Below are positions 53,497 to 64,000 of a stretch of DNA of 64,000 nucleotides, in pieces. Below the pieces are notes generated by a model. It was not told the DNA's origin. It was given only the letters and a program-made list of their open reading frames with translations, and did no database searches. How positions within the stretch are numbered: the first letter of the stretch is position 1; each line of letters starts with the position of its first letter. Both the position numbers and the translations under genes were made by a program. Source of the DNA: Mobula hypostoma. Taxonomy: Eukaryota. Location: contig NC_086097.1 of the NCBI RefSeq assembly GCF_963921235.1, positions 51,896,001 to 51,960,000 on the forward strand, read 5' to 3'.

Positions 53497-56402
53497 AGGT
53501 TAAGTAATGGTCTGGTAGATGGAGTACAATGTGGGTGAAAGCAAGATCATCCACTTTGGAAGTGAACATAGAAGATCAATTTATTATTAAAATAATGAAA
53601 GATTGCAGCATGCTGTCGTGCAAAGGGACTTTGGAGTACTTCTGCATGTCTATAAGGAGAGAATGAGTCATCTGGAACTTTACTCACTGGAATTCAGAGA
53701 AACAAGAGAGAATCTTACAAATTATAAAAAGGGATAGAAAAGATAGAGGCAGGAAAGGATTTTTCCCCACTGGTAGATGAGACTAGAACTAGGGGACATA
53801 GCTTCAAGATTCAGGGGAATAGATTTAGGAGAGAGATGAGGAGGAATTGCCTTTCCCAGAAGAGGAATGAATCAATGCAACTCTCTGTTCAGGGAAGCAG
53901 TGAGACTGCCTCAGTAACTTTATTCTCAATATTATTTTCCATATAATAAAAATAGAGTTCTCAATATTGTTTATTTATTATTATTTCTTTCTCTGTAATT
54001 GCACAGTTAATCTTGTTTTTTGTCTGCCTTTGTTTGTTTCTGTGTAACTTTTCATTGACTTTATCGTGTTTCTGTGTATCTACTGTGAATACCTGCAAGA
54101 AAATGAATCTCAGGCTAGTATATGGTGACATAAACGTACTTTGATAATAAATTTACTTTCAACTTTGAACTATTGAAAATAGATTTTAGATAGATTTTTG
54201 CATTGTAGGGAATTAAGGGTTGGGGGGGGGTGGGGGAGGTGGCTGAAAATGAGTCCACAGCCAGGTGGGACATGATTTTATTGAATGACAAACAGGTTAG
54301 ATGGACTGCATGGCCTACTCCTGATCCTATTTCTTGTGTTCTCATGTTAAAAGAAAAATGTGTAATCGATTGCAATCAAATGGCGTTATGTTGTTTTACT
54401 TTTAAAGTAATCTCCTCAACTTTGACCTCTTTTTCATCCTTACTTCTTTGAGCAACCTTTTGATTATCATCCATAATATCTTTATTGGTGTTGATATTAA
54501 ATCTTGTTTGATAACTGTTGTGTATTATGCTTCAGGTTGTTTTACTATATTAAAAGAACTATACAAATGACAAGTTTTTATGTACAGTAATTTCTATTAT
54601 AGTTTGATTATTTTTCTATTTGAAAGCCAATTCAATTATTATACAGGTAACCCTCTTTGTACTTGATCTCATTGTCTTTTGAACTGACTGAAATCTGACA
54701 CAGAAGTAGATGATCACTGATTGAACCATCCCCACCAAATCCATCCCCCAAACACTAGCCAGTAGCTATAAGCCAGGGTTTTTATCCTGCCGGTTCGGAT
54801 GAAGATCAGGTGCCCTAATCAAGGAGCCCGGTGGAACACAGGGAAAAGGAGATTAACTGAAATGAGTAGTTAATGGACCGGACTGTGACATTTTGACTGA
54901 ATGGTAATGTAATTGAACTCAATTTTGTATTTTGGTTTTCATTATCAAACAAGTTTTGTTTCATGTCTAATTACCTAGGCAATAATGTACTTATTTTTTT
55001 TCATGAACTGTGTAACAAAAGGCAAAGGCTTTGATGAGGAAAACAATTCTCTACAAAGTGCAATTTATCAATGTGCCTCACAAAGCACTGAAGTTAAAAC
55101 ATATTTGCTGACATTTTCACTGATTGCTTAGTTCAGAAAAAAATGTATGTATATTTACATTGTTCTAAAATGATTATGAATGCGATGAATAGCAATCAAT
55201 TTTAACATTTTAGAGACTTTGTATTATTACAAAGCTGTCCAGATTTATTATTCTAGCTGTACACCATAACATTTTGATGGCAAAAATCGTCATAGTTCAC
55301 TTGGCTTACGATCCGGCAGCCTGGCATCCTCTAATCAGTAGGAAAGGTCACACAGTGTTGATGTTCCTTAGCTAAAGAGGAGAACATGGTTTATTCATAC
55401 TTCCTCAAATTTATCAGGCCTTCCAAAATTCCTCCATCAAACTCGACTTGTGCAGTTCACATTTCTCAGCTCTATATGACTATGGCTGTGCTTGGTTGTC
55501 TCAAAATTATGTCCTTGTGGATTAAAGCACTTGAAGGCAAACTAGATCAATAAAAGGTGGAAAACATGGCTGATTTCAGAACTGGTGCATATCATCATCT
55601 CTTTATGTTTGACCCGAATGATTGGAAAGAAAAGTAAACCATGATAAAACCAGACAGAATACATTTTTCAGATACTTTTAGTATTATTTAGTACTTCTAG
55701 TACTTTAGTAATCCCAGAGGACAGGACAGTAGCAAATGTACCTTTGTTCAAGAAAGGAAATAGGGGTAATCCAGGTAATTCTGGTTAAGATGGTGCTACT
55801 GAGCACGTTCAACAGCTCCCTGGTAGTTCAAAAGAAAAGGAATTCAACTAAACATTACTAATAGCACCTTTTTGTAAGTAAATTGTGTTAAATGATCACC
55901 TCAAACAATGAAGAGGCGAGTGAAGGTGAAGCGAGTTCGGGGGACGAGCTTGCAAGTGTTGTAGAATTGACACAGATGGAGTGAGCCGTTTGGAGAGAAG
56001 TCGGGCCAGAGGAGTTCTGATGCCCGTACTGGTCTGGGTGGGAGGGTGGATCGCTCTGGATGCTGTGCTGACTTGAAGAGTTTGAGAGTGGTGAATCTGG
56101 GCTCAGAGTGAGTCACTGGGTGGCTGGGAGCCTTTCGCAGCAGTGGTTCCCGGGTGCAATCCACTGATTAGACAATTTAAACACCAGCCCAGACGGAGGA
56201 GAGAGCCGATCTTGCTCGCTTTCCCGTGTTGTTCACTGCTCTCTCCATGGTGCCAGAGCCTTTTGCTGCAGTGGTTCCTGGCTCCTACTGTGAGGTATGA
56301 GCCACTGTTTGCACAAGTCAAGCGCTGGCCCAGATAGACTGCAAAGACAAGGTGTCAGGATTGCAGACGAGAGCTGATTTCACTCGCTCTCCGCAATGGT
56401 GA

Positions 56403-56887
56403 TGTTGCAACGAATGAGGCGAACTCAAGCACAGGACATGGGGCACAGAGATTTAGTTACGATTCAGATGCAGGCGTGAGTGTTGAATGGCAAACAGGAG
56501 GGAGAGCAGGAAGGCAGGAGACAGGCAGAATTTATCTTGACATGGAGAGACTGGTTTTCACAGGTAAACCTCGGAACTGGAGTAGAACTTAGAAAACTGA
56601 TCTTGACACGGAGAGACTGAGTTTCAGAGATAAATCTCAGTACTGAAGCAAAACTTAGGGCACACAATCCTAAGTGGCCGCGAAGCGTTAATTATCACAC
56701 TGGCAGAACCAACGATCTGGCAACTAGTGGGTGCAAAGCCAGGGTTCTTATGCTGCAGGTCTTGATGAAAACCAGGTGTGCCGTCATCAAAGGGAATTAG
56801 GAGAAACTGGGGAATTAACAGTTGAAACCATGGCACAATCAAAGGGAATTAGGAGAAAATAGGGAATTAACGATCAGGACTGTGATA
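56403..56887. mobile_element. Solo LTR with 5-bp TSD
   Basis: TGTTGC...GTGATA termini (terminal CA decayed); ggtga at 56398-56402 and 56888-56892. Confidence 0.75.
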
Positions 56888-57272
56888 GGTGACTCCTCTC
56901 TCAATGGCACTGAAGCTATGAAGACTGCCCTGGCTGTTGTAAGCAAACACATTTCATGGTTGTATAATTTATCCTTTCTTTACAATACTATTTACGCTAT
57001 TACTCAAATATTACTGAAATATTGAACACTCCTTTCTGCTTAGCTATAAAGTCCAACTCAATATAGAATGCATTTCAACTATATACACGGTATTCTATAT
57101 AATACAACTACTATACACGGATATCCACAGCATAGGGAATTTAAAATTGTCCCATTCAGGCCTAAAGATTTAATTGTTGTGGAGTATTTCTTACTCTTCT
57201 GGAATAATGTCTTTCCTGACAAGGCCAAGTCTCTACTTGGCAGGTGAGATCTGTGGTAGTGTAAACAATCTC

Positions 57273-57690
57273 GCTGGAAATTAGAAGATTGAGGGGGGAT
57301 CTTATTGAAATGTATAAAATCCTAAAAGAATTGGACAGGCTAGAGGCAGGAAGATTGTTCCCGATGTTGGGGAAGTCCAGAATGAGGGGTCACAGTTTAA
57401 GGATAAAGGGGAAGCCTTTTAGGACCGAGATGAGGAAAAGCTTCTTCACACAGAGAGTGGTGAATCTGTGGAATTGTCTGCCACAGGAAACGGTTGAGGC
57501 CAGTTCATTGGCTATATTTAAGAGGAAGTTAGATATGGCCCTTGTGGCTAAAGGGATCAGGGGTTATGGAGGGAAGACTGGTACAGGGTTCTGAGTTGGA
57601 TGATCAGCCATGATCATACTGAATGGCGGTGCAGGCCCGAAAGGCTGAATGGCCTACTCCTGCACCTATTTTCTATGTTTCTATGTTTCT
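57273..57690 (+). mobile_element. Short CR1 3' end with 6-bp TSD
   Basis: Near-identical to the reverse complement of 10524-10945; aatctc at 57267-57272 and 57691-57696. Confidence 0.92.
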
Positions 57691-57780
57691 AATCTCAGGT
57701 CTGGGGCCTCCTCTATGGTGGTTGTAGGAGCTGACTCTGAGACTGCAAGAAGTGGTCTGACTGCTCTGAATACTTTTCTA

Positions 57781-58383
57781 CCTTTCTTCTCCTTTCCTTG
57801 GCTCTTCCCTCTGGATCTACTTTGATCCTTGTTTCTCTCCCGGACCCGGCTTCTTTCTCTCTCAGTACCGCTCTTTCTTCTTTCTAGGATGTGTATCTTG
57901 ATCTTGGGAAGGTGCACTTAGTTCACTGGAGTATTCTCTTATTAATCCTTCTATTGTGTCCTTTACAATCTGATATCTCCTCTTGGTTTACTCATCCACA
58001 ACATCATCTGATGTATCCTCAGTTTTCATATGTCCATTGACTCCTTTCTTTTTGATCTTCCATTCATCCAGCTGGGTGTTGGTCCTTGCATCTAAGCAAC
58101 ATTTTTGTCTCCCACTTGAAGTTCATGCAATAACTTTAATGCATGCAGAGTAGATTCTGGTTCTTTATACTTACAGGAGTCAACTGCTTGCAACTTTCCT
58201 GAGGCTCCTTGAAGTCGCTTCCAGCTTAAAACCAAGCTACATTTCACAAGTAACTACCTGATTAACATATCAGAAGCTTTCTCTGATATGTTGCCTACAA
58301 AAACTGTTGTAGTCGGACCACTGCTGTCTTCAATTTCATGATTCCACTGAGCATCATGGTCTTTCCTTGGTTGGCACCAACAC
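57781..58383 (-). pseudogene. RBM25: Partial processed pseudogene of RNA-binding motif protein 25 (RRM and start of the RE/RD-rich region)
   Basis: Manual translation VLVPT/PRKDH..EDSSGPTTTVFVGNISEKASDMLIR*LLVKCSLVLSWKRLQGASGKLQAVDSCKYKEPESTLHALKLLHELQVGDK/DARTNTQLDEWKIKKK..DE*TKRRYQIVKDTIEGLIREYSSELSAPSQDQDTHPRKKKE matches recalled vertebrate RBM25; contiguous with no intron; has stops and frameshifts. Confidence 0.9.
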
Positions 58384-58709
58384 CTGTTTGTCCTTTGTTG
58401 GGCAACGGTTCATGGTGTTCAGCATGGAGCCAGTTTCAGCATCATCTTAATTCACTTCCAGTTGACTCTACTGCAAATGATGGATGGATCTCCAACCAAG
58501 TTGTAGTTGTCTCAGCCTTTTAGGTCCCCACAAGGCTGGCCCTTCTGCTTTTTATCACATAAAGGCCCAATGTGGCTTGTTGGTTATTGTATTCCACTGT
58601 TGTGAATGTCATTTCCACAGGGTTATCTTTTCTCCAATATAAGTTGGATACCTGCAGGCTTCAGTTCTGTATCTTTGAAATGATGTTCAAACTCATTTTG
58701 TGGAATGAC

Positions 58710-61700
58710 CATAGAAACCATAGAAACATTACAGCACAGAAACAGGCCTTTTGGCCCTTCTTGGCTGTGCCGAACCATCTTCCTGCCTAGTCCCACTGAC
58801 CTGCACCTGGACCATATCCCTCCATACACCTCTCATCCATGTACCTGTCCAAGTTTTTCTTAAATGTTAAAAGTGAGTCTGCATTTACCACTTTATCTGG
58901 CAGCTCATTCCACACTCCCACCACTCTCCGTGTGAAGAAGTCTCCCCCTAATGTTCCCTTTAAACTTTCCCTCCTTCACCCTCAACCCATGTCCTCTGGT
59001 TTTTTTCTCCCCTTGCCTCAGTGGAAAAAGCCTGCTTGCATTCACTCTATCTATACCCATCATAATTTTATATACCCCTGTCAAATCTCTCCTCATTCTT
59101 CTATGCTCCAGGGAATAAAGTCCTAACCTATTCAACCTTTCTCTGTAACTCAGTTTCTCAAGTCCCGGCAACATCCTTGTAAACCTTCTCTGCACTCTTT
59201 CAACCTTATTAATATCCTTCCTGTAATTAGGTGACCAAAACTGCACACAATACTCCAAATTCAGCCTCACCAATGTCTTATACAACCTCACCATAACATT
59301 CCAATTCTTATACTCTGTACTTTGATTTATAAAGGTCAATGTACCAAAAGCTCTCTTTACGACCCTATCTACCTGTAACGCCGCTCTTAGGGAATTTTGC
59401 ATCTGTATTCCCAGATCCCCATGTTCTACTGCACTCCTCAGTGCCTTACCATTTACCCTGTATGTTCTACCTTGGTTTGTCCTTCCAAAGTGTGATACCT
59501 CACTCTTGTCTGTATTAAACTCCATCTCCCATTTTTCAGCCCATTTTTCCAGCTGGTCCAAATCCCTCTGCAAGCTTTGAAAACCTTCCTCACTGTCCAC
59601 TACTCCTCCAATCTTTGTATCATCAGCAAATTTGCTGATCCAATTTACCACATTATCATCCAGATCATTGATATAGATGACAAATAACAATGGACCCAGC
59701 ACTGATCCCTGTGGCACACCACTAGTCACAGGCCTCCACTCAGAGAAGCAATCCTCCACTACCACTCTCTGGCTTATCCAATTGAGCCAATGTCTAATCC
59801 AATTCACCACCTCTCTATATATAACTGGTGACTGAATCGTCCTAACTAACCTCCTATGTGGGACCTTGTCAAAGGCCTGACTGAAGTCCATGAAGTCAAC
59901 ATCTACTGCCTTTCCTACATACATTTTCCTGGTAACCTCCTCAAAAAACTCTAATAGGTTTGTTAAACATGACCTATCACGCACAAAGCCATGTTGACTC
60001 TCCCTAATAAGTCCCTGTCCATCCAAATACTTGTAGATCCTATCTCTTAGTACTCCTTGCAATAATTTACCTACTACCGATTTCAAACTTACCGGCTTAC
60101 AATTTCCCGGATTACTTTATGAGCCTTTTTTAAACAAGGGAACAACATGAGCCCCTCTCCAATCCTTCGGCACTTCACCCGTGGATACCGACATTTTAAA
60201 TATATCTGCCAGGGCCCCTGCAATTTCAACACTAGTCTCCTTCGAGGTCCGAGGAAATACCCTGTCAGGTCCCGGGGATTTATCTACTCTGATTTGCCTC
60301 AAGATAGCAAGCACCTCCCCCTCTTCAATTTGTATAGGTTCCATGACCTCACTACTTGTTTGTCTTATTTCTGTTGACTCCATGCCAGTTTCCTCAGTAA
60401 ATACAGACACAAAAAAACTATTTAAGATCTCCCCCATTTCTTTTGGTTCCATACATAGCCGACCACTCTGATCTTCAAGAGGACCAATTTTATCCCTTAT
60501 GATCCTTTCGCTCTTAATATACCTGTAGAAGCTCTTTGGATTATCCTTCACCTTGACTGTCAAAGCAACCTCATGTCTTCTTTTAGCCCTCCTTATTTCT
60601 TTCTTAAGTATTTTTTGCACTTTTTATATTCCTCAAGCACCTTATTTGCTCCCTGTTTCCTATACATGTTATACATCTCTCTTCTTCTTTATCAGAGTTA
60701 CAATATCCCTCGAGAACCAAGGTTCCTTATTCTTACTCACTTTGCCTTTAATCCTGACAGGAACATACAAACTCTGCTCTCTCAAAATTTATCCTTTGAA
60801 GGCCTCCCACTTACCAATCACATCCTTGCCAGAGAACAACCTGTCCCAATCTACGCTTTTTAGATCCTTTCTCATTTCTTCAAATTTGGCGTTTTTCCAG
60901 TTTAGAACCTCAGCCCGAGGACCAGATCTATCTTTATCCATGATCAAGTTGAAACTAATAGTGTTATGATCACTGGAACCAAAGTGTTCCCCTACACGCA
61001 CTTCCGTCACCTGTCCTAACTCGTTTCCTAGTAGGAAATCTAATACTGCATCCTCTCTAGTTGATACCTCTATATACTGATTTAGAAAACTTTCCTGAAC
61101 ACATTTTACAAACTCTAACCCGTCTAGACCTTTAACAGTATGGGAGTCCCAATCAATATGTGGAAAATTAAAATCCCCTACTATCACAACTTTATGTTTC
61201 CTGCAGTTGTCTGCTATCTCTCTGCAGATTTGCTCATCTAATTCTTGCTGACTATTGGGTGGTCTATAATACAACCCCATTAATGTGGTCATATGCAAAC
61301 ACGAGGAAATCTGCAGATGCTGGAATTTCAAACAACACACATAAAAGTTGCTAGTGAACACAGCACGCCAATCAGCATCTCTAGGATGAAGCACAGTCAA
61401 CGTTTTGGGCCGAGACCCTTCGTCAAGACTAACTGAAAGGAGGGCTAGTAAGAGATTTGAAAGTGGGAGGGGGAGGGGGAGATCCAAAATGATAGGAGAA
61501 GACAGGAGGGGGAGGACTGGAGCCAAGAGCTGGACAGTTGATTAGCAAAAGGGATATGAGAGGATCATGGGACATGAGGCCTAGGGAGAAAGAAAAGGGG
61601 AAGGGGGGAAGCCCTGAGAATGGGCAAGAGGTATAGTGAGAGGGACAAAGGAGAGAGAGAAAAAGAATATGTGTATATAAATAAATAAATAATGGATGGG

Positions 61701-63070
61701 GTATGAGGGGGAGGTGGGGGATTAGCGGAAGTTTGAGGAGTCAATGTTCATGATACTTCCTGTTTCTCAGCTCCACCCATATGGCCTCAGTAGACAAGCC
61801 CTCTAATCTGTCCTGCCTGAGCACTGCTGTAATATTTTCCCTGACTAGCAATGCCACCCCCCCCCCACCCTTTATTCCTCTGCCTCTATCACATCTGAAA
61901 CATCGGAACCCTGGAACATTAAGCTGCCAGTCCAGCCCCTCCTGTAGCCAAGTTTCACTAATGGCTATAATGTCATAACTCCATGTGTCAATCCACGCCC
62001 TCAGCTCGTCAACCTTCCCCACAATACTCCTCGCATTGAAATAGACATGCTTCAGAAGATTATTACCACCACACACAATCCTTCTGTTTGTGACTTTGCA
62101 TGAACTTTTAACATCATTTATTTTCGCCCCTGCTCCACTATCTGCTCTGGCACTCTGGTTCTCAACCCCCTGCAAATCTAGTTTAAACCCTTCCCAATAG
62201 CACTAACAAACTTCCCTGCAAGGATATTGGTCCCCTTGTAGTTCAGGTATATCCTGTCTCTTTTGTACAGGTCCCACCTGCCCCAGAAGAAGTCCCAATG
62301 ATCTTGAAATCTGAAACCCTGCCCCCTACACCAGTTCCTCAGCCATGTGTTCATCTGCCAGAGCATCCTATTCTTACCCTCACTGGCACGTGGCACAGGT
62401 AGCAATCCTGAGATTACCACCCTCGAGGTCCTGCTTTTTAACTTCCTATCAAGCTCTATATACTCAATCTTCAGGACCTCCTCACTCTTTCTTCCTACGT
62501 CATTGGTACAGATGTGTACCATGACATCTGGCTGATCACCCTCCCACTTCAGAATGCTGTGCATGCGATCAGAGACATCCCTGACCCTGGCACCCAGGAG
62601 GCAACAAACCATACGGGAGTCACTGTCACGACCACAGAACCTGCTCCAGTTCCCTAACGCGGTTTCTTAGGAGCTGCAGCTGGATGCACTTCTTGCTGGT
62701 GTCGTTGTCAGGGACACTGGGGGTCTCCCTGACTTCCCACATCCTGCAAGAGGAGCATTCCAACATCCTGCCTGGTATTCTCTCTACTCTGAACAAACAG
62801 AACAAAACAACAACTTACCGGAACCTCCCCTCGCCTCTGCCTCTGTACGCTGAAGCCTGTTGAGCCAAAGCCATCCCACCCAGACTCAGTCCACTCCGAC
62901 GATGGCCGCTTTGCTAGACGAAACTTCGTTTATAGTGCGCTAGCTGACCGGCTGTCTTCAGCTCCTCCGCTCCCAATTGGTTAGCTGTTTAAAAATCTGA
63001 AAAAGCCCACAAATCCTCTCCTTCTTAGCTCTGACAATGGCCTGTTTGCTAGACGAAACTGCTTTTATAT
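58710..63070 (-). mobile_element. Near full-length CR1 LINE inserted in the Gypsy protease region
   Basis: ORF1 esterase 62178-62612; APE 61741-62175 (YFNARS, ISETW); RT 58905-60086 (FADD); TSD atgac at 58705-58709 and 63071-63075. Confidence 0.95.
61295..61752 (-). mobile_element. Penelope-like element 3' end/pLTR nested in the CR1 APE domain
   Basis: Splits WVELRNRK|MTTLMGLYYRPPN; carries a hammerhead-like motif at 61394-61431. Confidence 0.75.
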
Positions 63071-64000
63071 ATGACTGAAACAGCCTAGCCAGGGTACAAT
63101 TATATTTTAATTAATTTGCCGTTCACTTCTGGTGTAAGCCATATTGCTGGTCTCTTGTTAGTTTTCACTTTGTAAATCTTAAGGCTACCCAATCCTGTGT
63201 CACTCTAATCATTATCAATTTTTTCATCAACAGAAAGCAGATTACTGCTCTGTTAGGAACTGCAACTTGATTATTTAATCTTCTTCTCCTTCCTGTGCAG
63301 TCATTTATTTTTCTGTCCGACATTCCCATTGTTGCATTTTCTGCAAGTTTTGTCTCTAAAGCTGCAGTGGTCTGGTGTATGTGAGCCCGTGACACATCAG
63401 CAACACAATTTGTTCATCCAGGCAGGTTTCTGTTCCTGACTACAACTCAGTTGCATCTCTGTCTGCTGTTTCCATTGATACAGCAATTTTAATTGTCCCT
63501 TTAAATAGAAGTTGTGCTTCAGTTAGGAGCCATTTTTGAATGTTTTCTTGTAAGATTCCACAAACTAAACAATTCTCAGTGCATCATTAAACCTATTACT
63601 GAAAAAAAATATTGCTCAGACAATCTCTTCAATTCAGTCACATACGCTGAAGTGGACTCTCCTTCCTTTTGATTCCACTTATGAAACCTAAAGTGTTCTG
63701 CAATCAACAGCGGCTTTGGTTCTAACTGGTCCTGCATTACTTGCATTATATCAGCAAAGCTCTTTTCGGCTGATTTGGTTGGAGCAGATAAATCTCTAAG
63801 CAGACTGTATGCCTTTAGATCTAATGCACTCTGCAAAACTGGTAATAGCTTCTCATTGGCTATTTCACTTGCATCAAAATAATACTCAATCCATTCAGTA
63901 TACAAAATCCAGTTATCTGTTGTGGAATTAAACATGTCAGTCTTTCCCATGTAGCCACCTACTTCTGCTAATTTTTAATGATTATTATCACCCGGTATTC

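Larger units (their letters stand above)
51930..54342 (+). mobile_element. Old fragmented CR1 (APE/RT remnants) with nested elements
   Basis: SIWVEARN, ILDLVLCNE, GKCDH, KFADGTKLSG remnants; CR1 3'UTR ending cctactcctgatcctatttcttgtg. Confidence 0.7.
56935..64000 (-). mobile_element. Gypsy LTR retrotransposon (gag, protease, pol tail, PPT, short 3' LTR); RT/RH/IN core replaced by an RBM25 cDNA piece; two CR1 insertions
   Basis: gag ORF 63576-63950 (LEPKPLLIAEHFRFHKWNQKEGES..AYVTELKRLSE); protease WLTPEVNGKLIK..AVSVI|PQNEFEHHFKDTELKP..VEYNNQQATLGLYV..GPALWG..LRQLQLGWRSIHHL; PPT aagcagaaaggag 57029-57041; LTR remnant TGTT...AACA 56935-57028. Confidence 0.85.

Noticed and set aside
57781..58383. 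Functional RBM25 gene or exon
   Set aside because: In-frame stops, frameshifts and deletions; embedded in a retrotransposon
1..64000. CRISPR arrays, retrons or other prokaryotic RT systems
   Set aside because: The sequence is eukaryotic, all RT motifs belong to LINE families, and there is no regularly spaced repeat-spacer array

Overview
Eukaryotic, AT-rich, repeat-dominated genomic DNA, most likely intronic or intergenic. The repeat content points to a vertebrate, probably a cartilaginous fish such as a ray (inference from CR1/HER1-type LINEs, an HE1-like V-SINE and abundant Penelope-like pLTR repeats). I could not confidently identify any intact host exon. Much of the window is nested transposons: many CR1 LINE pieces (two essentially full length, 43000-47325 + and 58710-63070 -), Rex1/Babar-type LINE fragments, two R4/Dong-type RLE retrotransposon fragments, a Tx1 fragment, an RTE-derived non-autonomous element, Penelope-derived repeats with decayed minimal hammerhead motifs, a complete but inactivated hAT transposon (14-bp TIRs, 8-bp TSD), an internally deleted Tigger, a Tc1 end and solo LTRs. 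The most notable feature is a Gypsy LTR retrotransposon on the minus strand (56935 to beyond 64000) whose RT/RNase H/integrase core is replaced by an intronless, decayed piece of the host splicing-factor mRNA RBM25. This looks like LTR-mediated gene capture. Family assignments come from recalled motifs, not database searches.
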